Assembly (NCBI GenBank): GCA_030429765.1
Contig: JAUIER010000010.1
Coordinates: 34,162 to 98,161, forward strand
Reading direction: 5' to 3'
Length of the DNA: 64,000 nucleotides
Source of the DNA: a bacterium
GTDB lineage: Bacteria; Omnitrophota; Gorgyraeia; Zapsychrales; Zapsychraceae
The position numbers and the translations under genes were made by a program. Position 1 is the first letter of the stretch. Each line of letters starts with the position of its first letter. The notes under the pieces were generated by a model. That model was given only the letters and a program-made list of their open reading frames with translations. It was not told the origin of the DNA and did not search any database. Of this stretch, positions 19,583 to 28,795 are shown piece after piece.

Positions 19583-19614
19583 CTTAGTCCATAACAAACT
19601 CCCCCGAAACACCC

Positions 19615-19651
19615 GGGTGTCGGCGCCCCTTGTCCGGCACCCATCTTTTTT
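19615..19651 (+). terminator. rho-independent terminator
   Basis: GGGTGTCGG / CCGGCACCC 9-bp stem (one G-U), 10-nt loop, then ATCTTTTTT. Confidence 0.65.
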
Positions 19652-19673
19652 CTCCCAACTCAGGAGGTCAATC

Positions 19674-20036
19674 ATGAAGAAAGTTATCCTCATCATCGAC
19701 GATGAAACCCGGATCAGGGAAATCTATCAGAAGCTGTTTCATGCCGTTGGGCAAACCGTATTCGATGTTATTCTTGCGTCGGATCTTGAAGGGATTTTTG
19801 ATTGTCTGAAAAATCGACCGGTGGACCTGGTCTTGCTGGATATCCGCATGCCGCATATTGATGCCCGAGAAATCGCGGCGATGATCCGGGATTTTAACCC
19901 ACGCATCAAAGTCGTTGTAGCAAGCGTGTATCCGATCGACAAGCAAAAACGGATTATCCCGGAGGCCGAAGAGTATTACGATAAATCCGAAGGGCCTCTC
20001 AAGCTCCTGGAAACCGTCACTTCTGTTCTTACATAA
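19674..20036 (+). CDS. stand-alone CheY-like receiver domain protein
   Basis: AGGAGG RBS 7 nt upstream; KKVILIIDDE…DLVLLDIRMP receiver motifs; no output domain. The N-terminal 115 codons of the track ORF (19329-) are an out-of-frame artefact. Confidence 0.8.
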   Translation: MKKVILIIDDETRIREIYQKLFHAVGQTVFDVILASDLEGIFDCLKNRPVDLVLLDIRMPHIDAREIAAMIRDFNPRIKVVVASVYPIDKQKRIIPEAEEYYDKSEGPLKLLETVTSVLT

Positions 20037-20070
20037 TCTTACTGATCAAAACCCCCAAGGAGATGCATCT

Positions 20071-20373
20071 ATGAACCACCTATTCCAACGAATCTTCACT
20101 GTGATCGCCGTCATTATCCTGGGCTTCTTAGCGATTCGCCTGGCCGACAAGAATATTCATGTCTATGAAACCATGGCGTATGCACAATATCTCCGGACCG
20201 ATGAGGAGCGAACGGACTACATCATCGAGATCGGACGCATGTATCTTGAGCAGAAAGATTACCTGCAGGCGCGCGAAGCCGCCGAGTATGTCATCTATAA
20301 CTATGACGGCGAATCGGCCGAAGCCTGGGACATCCTGGATATCTGTCGTCAGAAGTTAAGGAAGGATCTATGA
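20071..20373 (+). CDS. small membrane-anchored protein with single TPR-like motif
   Basis: TM helix (FTVIAVIILGFLAI) then YLEQKDYLQAREAAEYV TPR-like helix pair. Confidence 0.4.
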   Translation: MNHLFQRIFTVIAVIILGFLAIRLADKNIHVYETMAYAQYLRTDEERTDYIIEIGRMYLEQKDYLQAREAAEYVIYNYDGESAEAWDILDICRQKLRKDL

Positions 20374-20645
20374 TCAAGACTGCTGAACGATGGTCGCTCT
20401 TCCTGAATTACTCGCGCATGCTCAGCCAGTCCCTGGATGAAATTCAGGATTCAGCCGGCGAACTGGATCCTCAAAAGCGTGTCGATTTTTTACTCGAACG
20501 GGCCCGCCACTGTATGCTGTTTAAGGCCTACAATCACGCGGCCGTTCTCGCCTGGTTTGTCCTCAGTGAGATTGATCATGAATCAAGCGAGGCCAAACGC
20601 ATCCTCAAACAGACCTACCGATTGATTTTCCTGTCCCAGCCATAG
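20370..20645 (+). CDS. hypothetical protein
   Basis: ATGA overlap with upstream gene; no family recognised. Confidence 0.35.
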   Translation: MIKTAERWSLFLNYSRMLSQSLDEIQDSAGELDPQKRVDFLLERARHCMLFKAYNHAAVLAWFVLSEIDHESSEAKRILKQTYRLIFLSQP

Positions 20646-20760
20646 AATTCCGCCTCGGCGGGACCAGCGGGCCTAACCGTATTTTCCTGTATCTTCGACC
20701 CGTATTTTTGCTATAATAAGCCCCTTGAAAACGTATATCCATCCAACCTCATTCAAATAA

Positions 20761-22389
20761 ATGTCTAAGCGAAAAAGAACTATCTTGATCGGTCTGATCT
20801 TGCTATTGTGCGTGATCGTGCTGCCGCTTTATTTTGTGCTCTTTACCTCCAAGGGGGGCGAGTTTGTCATTCGCCAGGCGTTAAAGCATTATGCCTTAGA
20901 GGAGAATATTGAGGTGAAGCGCGTTAATGGGACGATCTATCAAGGGATTCATTTTGAGGATGTCGGAATTGCAGGGCTTAAGCAGCTGCCGGGTGATCTC
21001 CGGGTGAATATCCAGGACCTGAGCGTACGTTTTTCGGCGTTGAATCTTGAGGGGTTGCGTGTTGAGGTGGTGAATGGTCAAATCAAGTTTCCGGTTTCCG
21101 ATCCGGTGGTGATTCAGGCCCGGGTGGTTGGTAAGCGGATCCAGGCGAACGTAATCGGCAAAGGACTCCAGGTGGAAGAGGTGATCACCTATCTGCCGGT
21201 TGACCGGCGGAAAATGATTCCATCTCTAAAAGGTCGTTTAACCAACGTTGATGTGAAGCTGGCCGGTCCCTACAAACGTCCGGATATTTCCGGATCTGCT
21301 TCGGTTGATAATCTGAAGATTGCGGGGCTGCCGCAATTGCCTGGTGAGATTCGGGTCGATATTCAGGACATGGATTGGACTTTACCGTCCTTGAAGCCGG
21401 AAGGGATGATTGTTCAGATCGACAATGGCCGGGTCAAGCTCCCGGTTTCTGATCCGCTCGTGATTCAAGCCAAGATCAACGGCCGACGGATCGAGGCGAA
21501 CGTATTTAGCAGCGGTCTCGATGTGGAGGAAGTGATGACCTATCTGCCGGTTGATAAACGCGAGATCCCCGCTCTTCAGGGGCGATTAACCAATGTCGAC
21601 ATTGATGTGACCGGTCAATATGATCGTCCGGATATTTCAGGCTCCGTTTTTGTTGACGAAATCAAACACAGTAAGGCGACCCTGGCACAGGCCCCGGTAC
21701 AGATTGACTTGGAGATGATTGATCAGTTGGAGCAGATGCGTCCCCGCGGAGATGTTAAGCTCGAGTCCGGATCGGTCAAGGCCAGTAAGACACAGATCGA
21801 GCTCAAACCAAGCCGGGTCATCTTTCACGGCGAGAAGGACGATCCGGACTTACAAATCAACGGGCAATCCCGAATCAGTCAGGTCGACATCAGTATCGAA
21901 GTCAGAGGTGCGGTGGCGGATCCGAAGATCAGTCTGAATTCAGAACCGTCCTTGCCGAAGGAGCAGCTGCTGCTCATGCTGGCGACCGGTCAGAAATGGC
22001 CGGGTCTGGATAAATCGATCAATAATGGGTCTATTTCACCGGAGCTGGCCAAGGATTTTGTGCGGTATTTCGCCTTTGGAGGGTCCGGCAACACGCTGGC
22101 GCAACGGGTGGGACTGGACGATCTGAATGTTATAGTTGGAGAAAATCGACGGGGCGTCGGCGCGCGTAAAGAAATTGGCGATAAACTCGAAGTCAAATAT
22201 CAGATCGAAAGAGAAACAGATGCGCTGCTTGGAGAGCAGACCACTCAAACCGTCGGCGGAGCCTATCGGGTGACTAACCGGATTTCATTAGACATCCAAA
22301 AAGAGTTTCGTCAATCCGACAATCTGAATCCTGACGCCGAGGAGACCGAGCGCTCCGAGATTATGCTGAAGTACAAGCGCAGTTTTTAA
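20761..22389 (+). CDS. TamB/DUF490-like translocation-and-assembly-module protein with internal tandem duplication
   Basis: N-terminal signal anchor; two ~105-aa tandem repeats (LPGDLRVNIQD…RPDISGSASVD / LPGEIRVDIQD…RPDISGSVFVD); C-terminal region resembles TamB C-terminal DUF490. Confidence 0.5.
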   Translation: MSKRKRTILIGLILLLCVIVLPLYFVLFTSKGGEFVIRQALKHYALEENIEVKRVNGTIYQGIHFEDVGIAGLKQLPGDLRVNIQDLSVRFSALNLEGLRVEVVNGQIKFPVSDPVVIQARVVGKRIQANVIGKGLQVEEVITYLPVDRRKMIPSLKGRLTNVDVKLAGPYKRPDISGSASVDNLKIAGLPQLPGEIRVDIQDMDWTLPSLKPEGMIVQIDNGRVKLPVSDPLVIQAKINGRRIEANVFSSGLDVEEVMTYLPVDKREIPALQGRLTNVDIDVTGQYDRPDISGSVFVDEIKHSKATLAQAPVQIDLEMIDQLEQMRPRGDVKLESGSVKASKTQIELKPSRVIFHGEKDDPDLQINGQSRISQVDISIEVRGAVADPKISLNSEPSLPKEQLLLMLATGQKWPGLDKSINNGSISPELAKDFVRYFAFGGSGNTLAQRVGLDDLNVIVGENRRGVGARKEIGDKLEVKYQIERETDALLGEQTTQTVGGAYRVTNRISLDIQKEFRQSDNLNPDAEETERSEIMLKYKRSF

Positions 22390-22406
22390 TTTGTTGACAA
22401 AGCTGT

Positions 22407-23201
22407 ATGATATTTAAACGCAATCGATCCAAAAACAATTATACGCATCCGGATGAACCCAAACATGTGCACTTTGGCTATGAGCATGATCAAAAGCCCA
22501 AGGATCATCTGCGGGTGGTCACATATAACATCGAATACGCCAAAAAGATCAAAGAGGCCATTGAGCTGATTGAAGGGCATGAAAAGCTCAATCATGCCGA
22601 TATATTCTTTCTTCAGGAGATGGACGCTGACGGTGTGCGTCGGCTCGCGGCGGATTTGAAATATAATTTTGTCTATTATCCGGCCGTCGTTCATCCAACG
22701 TCCAGGCGGGATTTTGGAAACGCCATTCTGAGTAAATGGCCTATCTTGAATCACAGCAAAATCATATTGCCGTATGAAGATACAAGAAAGCTGCAACGCA
22801 TCGCGGTCACCGCGGAGATTGAGATCCATGGTATCCGAATCTTTTTAATGTGTGTTCATATGGGGCTGTGGCTGAAGGCCGAACAGCGGGCCAAGCAGAT
22901 GGAAGCCGTGGCTTCCGTCATCAAGCCTGACATGCGTTACTGCATTGTGGGCGGAGATTTCAATACCTTCACTAAAAAAAGTTACCATGCGGTTATTGAT
23001 CCATTCTTGAGCCGTGATTTTCAGTTAGTGACAAAAAATATCGCCTGGTCTTATAAGCATTGGTATATTCTCAACAAGAAAAATCGATTAGATCATATTT
23101 TCGCCCGTTGTATGCGGTTGATCGAGACCGACAAGGTCATGTCCAAGAAGCCCAGCGATCATTTTCCGGTCTGGGCTGAACTGGAGCTGATCACACAATA
23201 A
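22407..23201 (+). CDS. endonuclease/exonuclease/phosphatase (EEP) family protein (YbhP-like)
   Basis: EEP blocks (VVTYNIEY, FLQEMD, VGGDFN, SDHFPV); adjacent to cls as in E. coli ybhP-clsB. Confidence 0.7.
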   Translation: MIFKRNRSKNNYTHPDEPKHVHFGYEHDQKPKDHLRVVTYNIEYAKKIKEAIELIEGHEKLNHADIFFLQEMDADGVRRLAADLKYNFVYYPAVVHPTSRRDFGNAILSKWPILNHSKIILPYEDTRKLQRIAVTAEIEIHGIRIFLMCVHMGLWLKAEQRAKQMEAVASVIKPDMRYCIVGGDFNTFTKKSYHAVIDPFLSRDFQLVTKNIAWSYKHWYILNKKNRLDHIFARCMRLIETDKVMSKKPSDHFPVWAELELITQ

Positions 23202-23203
23202 TT

Positions 23204-24658
23204 ATGGAACAATTAATCCCGTTTCTGGTCGTTTCGTTTTATATCTACCTGGTCATCACCGTGGTGTTGCTGTTACTGGATAACCGTGAGCCGTCGTCAA
23301 CGTTGGCCTGGGTCTTTGTTTTTCTGCTGTTTCCGATCGTGGGTGTATTGATATATATCTTCGTGGGACGAAACTGGCGGCGGACGAACCGCAAGACTAA
23401 ACTCAGTCAGCAGTTTGTTGAAAAACAGTTAGCGGAAATCCTGTCGCCGCTCGTCAACCGTCAGGAAATTGAAATTCGCAAGCTGTCCGAACATCAGACG
23501 CTGTGTAAGAAAAAGAAACTGTTTCACCTGCTCGCGGAAAGTTCCAACTCAATTCTTACCACCACCAATGACATTACGGTCCTTCAGGATGGCCATGAAA
23601 AGTTTGAGCGGCTAAAAGCGGATTTGCGTGAGGCCCGGCAGTTCATCCATCTGGAATATTTTATTTGGCGTAATGATCAGCTGACCGAGGAAATCAAGGA
23701 TATCCTGATTGAGCGAGCCCGTCAAGGCGTAGAAGTGAGGATTCTCTACGACGCGATCGGCAGCATCTTCCTTAAGAAGGCCTATATTGAATCTCTACGG
23801 CGCGAAGGCATTCATATTTACCCTTATTTTAATTTCCTGTCGTTGTTCAAGATTCACACACTGAATTATCGGAATCACCGTAAGATCGTTGTTGTTGATG
23901 GCAAGGTCGGATACAACGGCGGGATGAACATGGGACAAGAATATGTCGATGGCGGCAAGCGATTTGATATGTGGCGCGATTCGCATCTGCGGATAGAGGG
24001 CGAATCCGTCGCTGTTCTTCAGGGTGTCTTCACGACGAGCTGGTTTAATACCACGGAAGAGAATTTATTTGACCCCAAATATTTCCCGCGCGTGATGCAT
24101 ACGGATGACGGGGTGCCGGTGCAGATCACGACATCCGGACCGGATTCGCAGTGGCCGTCGATCAAGCATTTGTATTTCACCTTGATCTCCCAGGCGGAGA
24201 ATACCGTTTATATCCAGTCGCCGTATTTTGTTCCGGATCCGAGTGTTCATATGGCCCTCAAGATGGCGGCATTAAGCGGGCTGGACGTGCGGGTGATTAT
24301 CGCCGGCGTGCCGGATAAGCGGTTGCCTTATTGGTCGGCGTACACGTATTTCAAGGATCTACTCAAAGCCGGTGTGAGAATCTTTCACTATCAGAAGGGA
24401 TTTATGCATGCCAAGACGATCATGATTGATTCTGAGATCTGTTCGGTGGGAACGGCGAATATGGATGTGCGAAGTTTTCACCTTAATTACGAGATCAACA
24501 CCTTGATCTATGATGACCAGTTGACCAAATCGCTCGAAAACGATTTTATGACCGATCTCAAGGATTCGCGGGAATTTACGCTGAGGGATTATGGTCGCTT
24601 AAATGAAGCGGTAAAATTAAGAAATTCATTGGCGCGCTTATTGGCGCCGTTGTTATAA
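23204..24658 (+). CDS. cls: cardiolipin synthase (PLD superfamily, two HKD motifs)
   Basis: Two N-terminal TM helices then HRKIVVVDG…N and HAKTIMIDS…N HKD motifs. Confidence 0.85.
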   Translation: MEQLIPFLVVSFYIYLVITVVLLLLDNREPSSTLAWVFVFLLFPIVGVLIYIFVGRNWRRTNRKTKLSQQFVEKQLAEILSPLVNRQEIEIRKLSEHQTLCKKKKLFHLLAESSNSILTTTNDITVLQDGHEKFERLKADLREARQFIHLEYFIWRNDQLTEEIKDILIERARQGVEVRILYDAIGSIFLKKAYIESLRREGIHIYPYFNFLSLFKIHTLNYRNHRKIVVVDGKVGYNGGMNMGQEYVDGGKRFDMWRDSHLRIEGESVAVLQGVFTTSWFNTTEENLFDPKYFPRVMHTDDGVPVQITTSGPDSQWPSIKHLYFTLISQAENTVYIQSPYFVPDPSVHMALKMAALSGLDVRVIIAGVPDKRLPYWSAYTYFKDLLKAGVRIFHYQKGFMHAKTIMIDSEICSVGTANMDVRSFHLNYEINTLIYDDQLTKSLENDFMTDLKDSREFTLRDYGRLNEAVKLRNSLARLLAPLL

Positions 24659-24684
24659 TCGATATTATATACGTAAGGAGCAGT

Positions 24685-25716
24685 ATGGTACTTTTGTGGA
24701 TTGGAATCGCTATCTGCATTATTCATTCGGCGATGTTTTCGGGGCTGAACCTGGGATTTTTCGGGTTGAGCCGTTTAAAATTGGAAGTTCAGGCGGACCT
24801 GGGGGACAGAGATGCCATGCGTATCTTAAGTCTCCGCAAGGACGCGCACTTTTTGTTAGCCACCTTGCTGTGGGGTAATGTGGCGGCCAACGTCCTCTTG
24901 GCGCTGTTATCCGAATCGGTTTTGACCGGGCTGGGTGCATTTATTTTCTCCACCGTCGGGATCACGATGTTTGGTGAGGTCTTTCCGCAGGCGTACTTGT
25001 CGCGAAACGCGCTGAAGGCCAGTAAGATCCTCGTGCCCGTTGTCAGTCTATATCAAATCCTGCTGTATCCGATTGCCAAACCCACGGCGATTATGCTCGA
25101 CAAATGGCTGGGCAAAGAGCGGGTCGGTTATTTCAAAGAAAAAGAGATCATGCATATTTTGAAGAAGCATGCTCACTCTGAAGACGCCGACATCGAGCAT
25201 CTGGAAACCCAGGGGGCCATGAACTTTCTTGAGCTGGATGATATCAAGCTTCGGGATGAAGGCGAGACCATCAATCCTTTGAGTATTATTCCGTTGGAGG
25301 TCAACGACAAGGGCTTGCCGTTGTTTCCTGAGTATCAGCGGGATCCCAATGATCCGTTTTTGCAGAATATTCACGCATCGCGGGAAAAATGGGTGATCCT
25401 GACGGACTACAAAGGCAAGCCGCTCTTGGTCCTCAACGCTGACGACTTTTTGCGGGATGTGATGTATGCCGATGAGGTCAAGAGCATCTATACCTATTGT
25501 CATCGGCCGATTGTGATCACGCAGGCCGGAATGCGGCTGGGTGAGGTGATATTCCGTTTTAAAGTTCACGCCGAACACAAAGAGGATGATGTGATCGATG
25601 ATGATCTGATCCTGTACTGGAAAAAGGATAAGCGGATCATCACCGGAGCTGATATTCTGGGCCGTTTGCTGCGCGGGATCGTCAAACGCATTGAACAGCC
25701 GACATCTTCATTATAA
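24685..25716 (+). CDS. DUF21/CNNM-family membrane protein
   Basis: Four N-terminal TM helices with DUF21 pattern (…FSGLNLGFFGLSRLKLEV…); cytoplasmic C-terminal region. Confidence 0.55.
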   Translation: MVLLWIGIAICIIHSAMFSGLNLGFFGLSRLKLEVQADLGDRDAMRILSLRKDAHFLLATLLWGNVAANVLLALLSESVLTGLGAFIFSTVGITMFGEVFPQAYLSRNALKASKILVPVVSLYQILLYPIAKPTAIMLDKWLGKERVGYFKEKEIMHILKKHAHSEDADIEHLETQGAMNFLELDDIKLRDEGETINPLSIIPLEVNDKGLPLFPEYQRDPNDPFLQNIHASREKWVILTDYKGKPLLVLNADDFLRDVMYADEVKSIYTYCHRPIVITQAGMRLGEVIFRFKVHAEHKEDDVIDDDLILYWKKDKRIITGADILGRLLRGIVKRIEQPTSSL

Positions 25717-25801
25717 ATCTAATTACCTGTGCAGCAGTCATTTAGATTTCTGTCCGAAAATAAGTTGGCACGGCTGGAAATTGTCGACTATACTTGAAGT
25801 G

Positions 25802-26000
25802 ATGGTTCCATAGAACCATTCACGAAACGGCAAACCCGGGGTAACCCGGGGACCCGGATATCTTTGGATATCTGGCGGTCATCATGCATGACCGGCAAAG
25901 CCAAGGATCCTTTACTGAGGATAGCCTAGCTACCGAATGAAGTTTGAAGTCTTTTCCTGGTAGAAAGTCTGTCCTTAGTCATAAGGGCGGACTTTTTTTG
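25802..26000 (+). other. structured intergenic element (hairpin/direct-repeat cluster ending in terminator-like hairpin plus U-tract); possible ncRNA or cis-regulatory leader
   Basis: ATGGTTC-cata-GAACCAT; AACCCGGGG-t-AACCCGGGG; GGATATCT-tt-GGATATCT; CGGTCAT-catgc-ATGACCG; GTCCTTAgtcaTAAGGgcGGAC+TTTTTTT. Confidence 0.4.
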
Positions 26001-26018
26001 TTGAGGGGGGAGAAGATT

Positions 26019-26492
26019 ATGCGACGATTGATTCTGACAGCCACGATTGTAGTATCAGCACTGCTGAGCACCACGGTATGCCATGGCGAGCCGCCCGGTG
26101 CAGCGCCAAACCATCCACCGATGATCAATAAGGCCATCTCGGATTCATCGGCCTATGCCGTTTATAAATCGCACAACAAAGTGCGGTCCGGCGAAATCAA
26201 GTATCTTATCCATTTGATCAAAAAGAGTGAGTATAAAATCGTCCGCGAGGGGCGTGAGTACTCGGCGACGCAGGCTGCGCAGTATTTGAATATCAAGTAT
26301 AAAACACATGCCTTGAAGATCAGCAGCACGGAAGATTTTATCGATACCTACGCGAGTTACACCAAAGCGGGAGATCCCATTTATGTCGTCAACCGCAGCG
26401 GGAACACTTTTTTGGCGCGTCAGGTGCTGTATAGCGAGCTCAGACAATTACGCGAATTCGAAAGCCGAAGCCTCAGTCAGGCCGGAATGTAA
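26019..26492 (+). CDS. DUF5329-like secreted protein
   Basis: RBS GAGGGGGGAG; signal peptide; EIKYLIHLIKKSEYKIVREGREYSATQAAQYL resembles DUF5329. Confidence 0.45.
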   Translation: MRRLILTATIVVSALLSTTVCHGEPPGAAPNHPPMINKAISDSSAYAVYKSHNKVRSGEIKYLIHLIKKSEYKIVREGREYSATQAAQYLNIKYKTHALKISSTEDFIDTYASYTKAGDPIYVVNRSGNTFLARQVLYSELRQLREFESRSLSQAGM

Positions 26493-26531
26493 TCAACGCG
26501 AAACCTTTCAAACACAGCGAGGTGTGATATA

Positions 26532-26990
26532 ATGCAGACGAAAACCAAACCGGCCAGTGCCAAATCCAAGTCGAAGACGAAATCGATGAAAAAATTATAC
26601 CGGATCAAGAAGGAACATAAAATCGCGGGTGTTTGCACCGGACTCAGTGAGTACCTGGAAGTCGACGCCGTATTTTTCCGGTTATTTTTTGTGGTGATGG
26701 TCTGCATGGGCGGTCTGGGTTTTCTGCTGTACGGTGTGATGTGGCTGTTGGTTCCGGAGAAATCCCGTGCGAAAGCGCCCGCGCCCGGCAGTATGCGGCT
26801 TTACATTTCCAATAAAGATAAAAAAATCTACGGGGTTTGCGGAGGTTTAGGCGAGTATTTCGATCTGGATCCGATTATTTTCCGGATCGCTTTTATCGTC
26901 GGTGCGTTTATGGGCGGAGTCGGAATTTTGGCGTACATTATCATGTGTTTTATTGTCCCGCAAAAGAATTCCCGTCGTTCAAAAAGCTAG
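26532..26990 (+). CDS. tandem PspC-domain membrane protein
   Basis: Two PspC modules (YRIKKEHKIAGVCTGLSEYLEVDAVFFRL; YISNKDKKIYGVCGGLGEYFDLDPIIFRI) each followed by a TM helix. Confidence 0.75.
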   Translation: MQTKTKPASAKSKSKTKSMKKLYRIKKEHKIAGVCTGLSEYLEVDAVFFRLFFVVMVCMGGLGFLLYGVMWLLVPEKSRAKAPAPGSMRLYISNKDKKIYGVCGGLGEYFDLDPIIFRIAFIVGAFMGGVGILAYIIMCFIVPQKNSRRSKS

Positions 26991-26996
26991 ACCTAG

Positions 26997-27995
26997 ATGT
27001 CTTCATCTGCCAATACGCAAACACTGATCCTCACCCGTCGTCACATCCAAAAATTAGTGGATCTCAAAAAAACGATCCGGGCTGTTGAGCAGGCCTTTGT
27101 CGATTATGATAAGGGGGAGGCCCGGATGCCGCCCAAGATCTATCTGGATCTGCCTGAGTACAACGGCGACTTTCGCGCAATGCCCGCCTATATCGCCTCA
27201 ACAAAAAGTTCTTCTTTAAAATGGGTCAATGCCCATCCCGAAAATCATCGTTACGGATTACCCGCAGTGATGGCCGTGCTGATCCTCAATGATCCGCGTA
27301 CCGGGTTTCCGTTAAGCATTATGGATGCCACCTACATGACGGCGTTACGGACAGGCGCGGCGGGGGCTGTCGCGGCGCGGCATTTGTCGGATCCTCAGAG
27401 CTCCGTCGTGGGGCTGGTGGGATGCGGTGTACAGGCCGAATCACAATTATCCATGCTTCGGACGGTCCGACGGATCCAAGAGGTCCGTGTGTGGGGACAT
27501 CAACCGGAGCTGATCCGAAAATTTATCCGGCGCATGCGAATCCGAGCAGAACGGATGACGATGGCCCGTGATATCGAGGCATGTGTGCGTGATGCAGATA
27601 TTGTGGTGTCAACCACGCCGGTTCGCTCGCCGATCATTCAATCCGAATGGATTAAGCCCGGCGCGCATATCAACGCCATCGGGGCCGACGCGGAAGGCAA
27701 GCAGGAGCTGGACTCACGCCTGATTCAGCAGGGGTGTGTGGTCGTTGATGACTGGGCGCAGGCGTCGCACAGCGGGGAGATCAATGTTCCGCTGAAGAAA
27801 GGACTGATCACCCGAAAATCTATTTACGCGACACTGGGACAGATCGCCGCGGGGCGCAAACGGCGACCGGCGTCCGCTCAGAAGATCACCGTATTTGATT
27901 CCACGGGACTGGCCATTCAGGATTGCGCCGTCGCTCATCTGATCTACACCACGGCCAAGCGCCGCCAAGTCGGACGCTGGACGCGCTTATTTTAA
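26997..27995 (+). CDS. ornithine cyclodeaminase/mu-crystallin family protein
   Basis: Rossmann GLVGCGVQAE and overall OCD/mu-crystallin pattern. Confidence 0.6.
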   Translation: MSSSANTQTLILTRRHIQKLVDLKKTIRAVEQAFVDYDKGEARMPPKIYLDLPEYNGDFRAMPAYIASTKSSSLKWVNAHPENHRYGLPAVMAVLILNDPRTGFPLSIMDATYMTALRTGAAGAVAARHLSDPQSSVVGLVGCGVQAESQLSMLRTVRRIQEVRVWGHQPELIRKFIRRMRIRAERMTMARDIEACVRDADIVVSTTPVRSPIIQSEWIKPGAHINAIGADAEGKQELDSRLIQQGCVVVDDWAQASHSGEINVPLKKGLITRKSIYATLGQIAAGRKRRPASAQKITVFDSTGLAIQDCAVAHLIYTTAKRRQVGRWTRLF

Positions 27996-28057
27996 AGTAG
28001 CCAATTTTCACCAATCCCACTATAATATCCATTTTATAACGATGACCGGGAAATCCT

Positions 28058-28795
28058 ATGTCTGAACACTCTTCGCATGATTCCATCTATCGAGATCCAC
28101 GCTCGCAGGTTGACGCGTTTGTTTTTGATCAATCAGTCGCGAATGTCTTTGACGATATGATCCGCCGTAGTGTGCCTGGTTACGCCACCGTCATTAACAT
28201 GGTCGGCGTTTTGGCCGGACAATACGTGAAGCCTGGTAGTGTTTGTTACGATTTGGGATGCTCGCTGGGTGCGGGTACCTTAGCGATGCGCCAATTCATC
28301 GCGGCCGACGGGGTCCGGATCGTGGCGGTAGACAATTCTCCAGCCATGGTTGAGAAATGCCGGGGGCTGGTGGCGCAGCAAAATCAGGCTGTTCCGGTGG
28401 ATGTGCTCCAGGATGATATCAATTCGGTGCCGATCGAGAACGCCTCGATGGTTGTGGTCAATTTTACATTGCAATTTATTGAGCCGGACCAGCGGCAACG
28501 GGTGCTGCAGCGGATCTATGACGGACTTCTCGACGGGGGAGTGTTGATTATTTCTGAAAAGATTGCCTTTGATTCAGCGGCAGAGCAGCAGATGCAGACG
28601 GAGCTGCACCATTCCTTTAAACGGCTCAACGGATATAGTGACCTGGAGATCGCGCAAAAACGAACCGCCCTGGAAAACGTGTTGATACCTGACACGCTGG
28701 AGACCCACCGCCAACGGTTATCCAACTGCGGCTTCGCGCATCAGCACGTCTGGTTTCAATGTTTTAATTTTGCCTCAATGATTGCCTTCAAATGA
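28058..28795 (+). CDS. cmoA: carboxy-S-adenosyl-L-methionine synthase CmoA
   Basis: High similarity to characterised CmoA blocks (VPGY, YDLGCSLGA, NFTLQF, WFQCFNF). Confidence 0.85.
   Translation: MSEHSSHDSIYRDPRSQVDAFVFDQSVANVFDDMIRRSVPGYATVINMVGVLAGQYVKPGSVCYDLGCSLGAGTLAMRQFIAADGVRIVAVDNSPAMVEKCRGLVAQQNQAVPVDVLQDDINSVPIENASMVVVNFTLQFIEPDQRQRVLQRIYDGLLDGGVLIISEKIAFDSAAEQQMQTELHHSFKRLNGYSDLEIAQKRTALENVLIPDTLETHRQRLSNCGFAHQHVWFQCFNFASMIAFK

Noticed and set aside
19329-19673. 115-codon Arg/Ser/Lys-rich N-terminal extension of the CheY ORF in the six-frame track
   Set aside because: It is an alternate-frame read-through across the acidic-protein gene and the terminator. The real start is the ATG at 19674 with a perfect AGGAGG RBS.
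25717-26018. Possible tmRNA, RNase P RNA or SRP RNA in the hairpin-rich intergenic region
   Set aside because: None of the conserved cores are present (tmRNA tag reading frame and CCA-acceptor-like end, RNase P P4 GGAAAGUCCGG, SRP domain IV GGAA/AGCA). It is kept only as an unclassified structured element.
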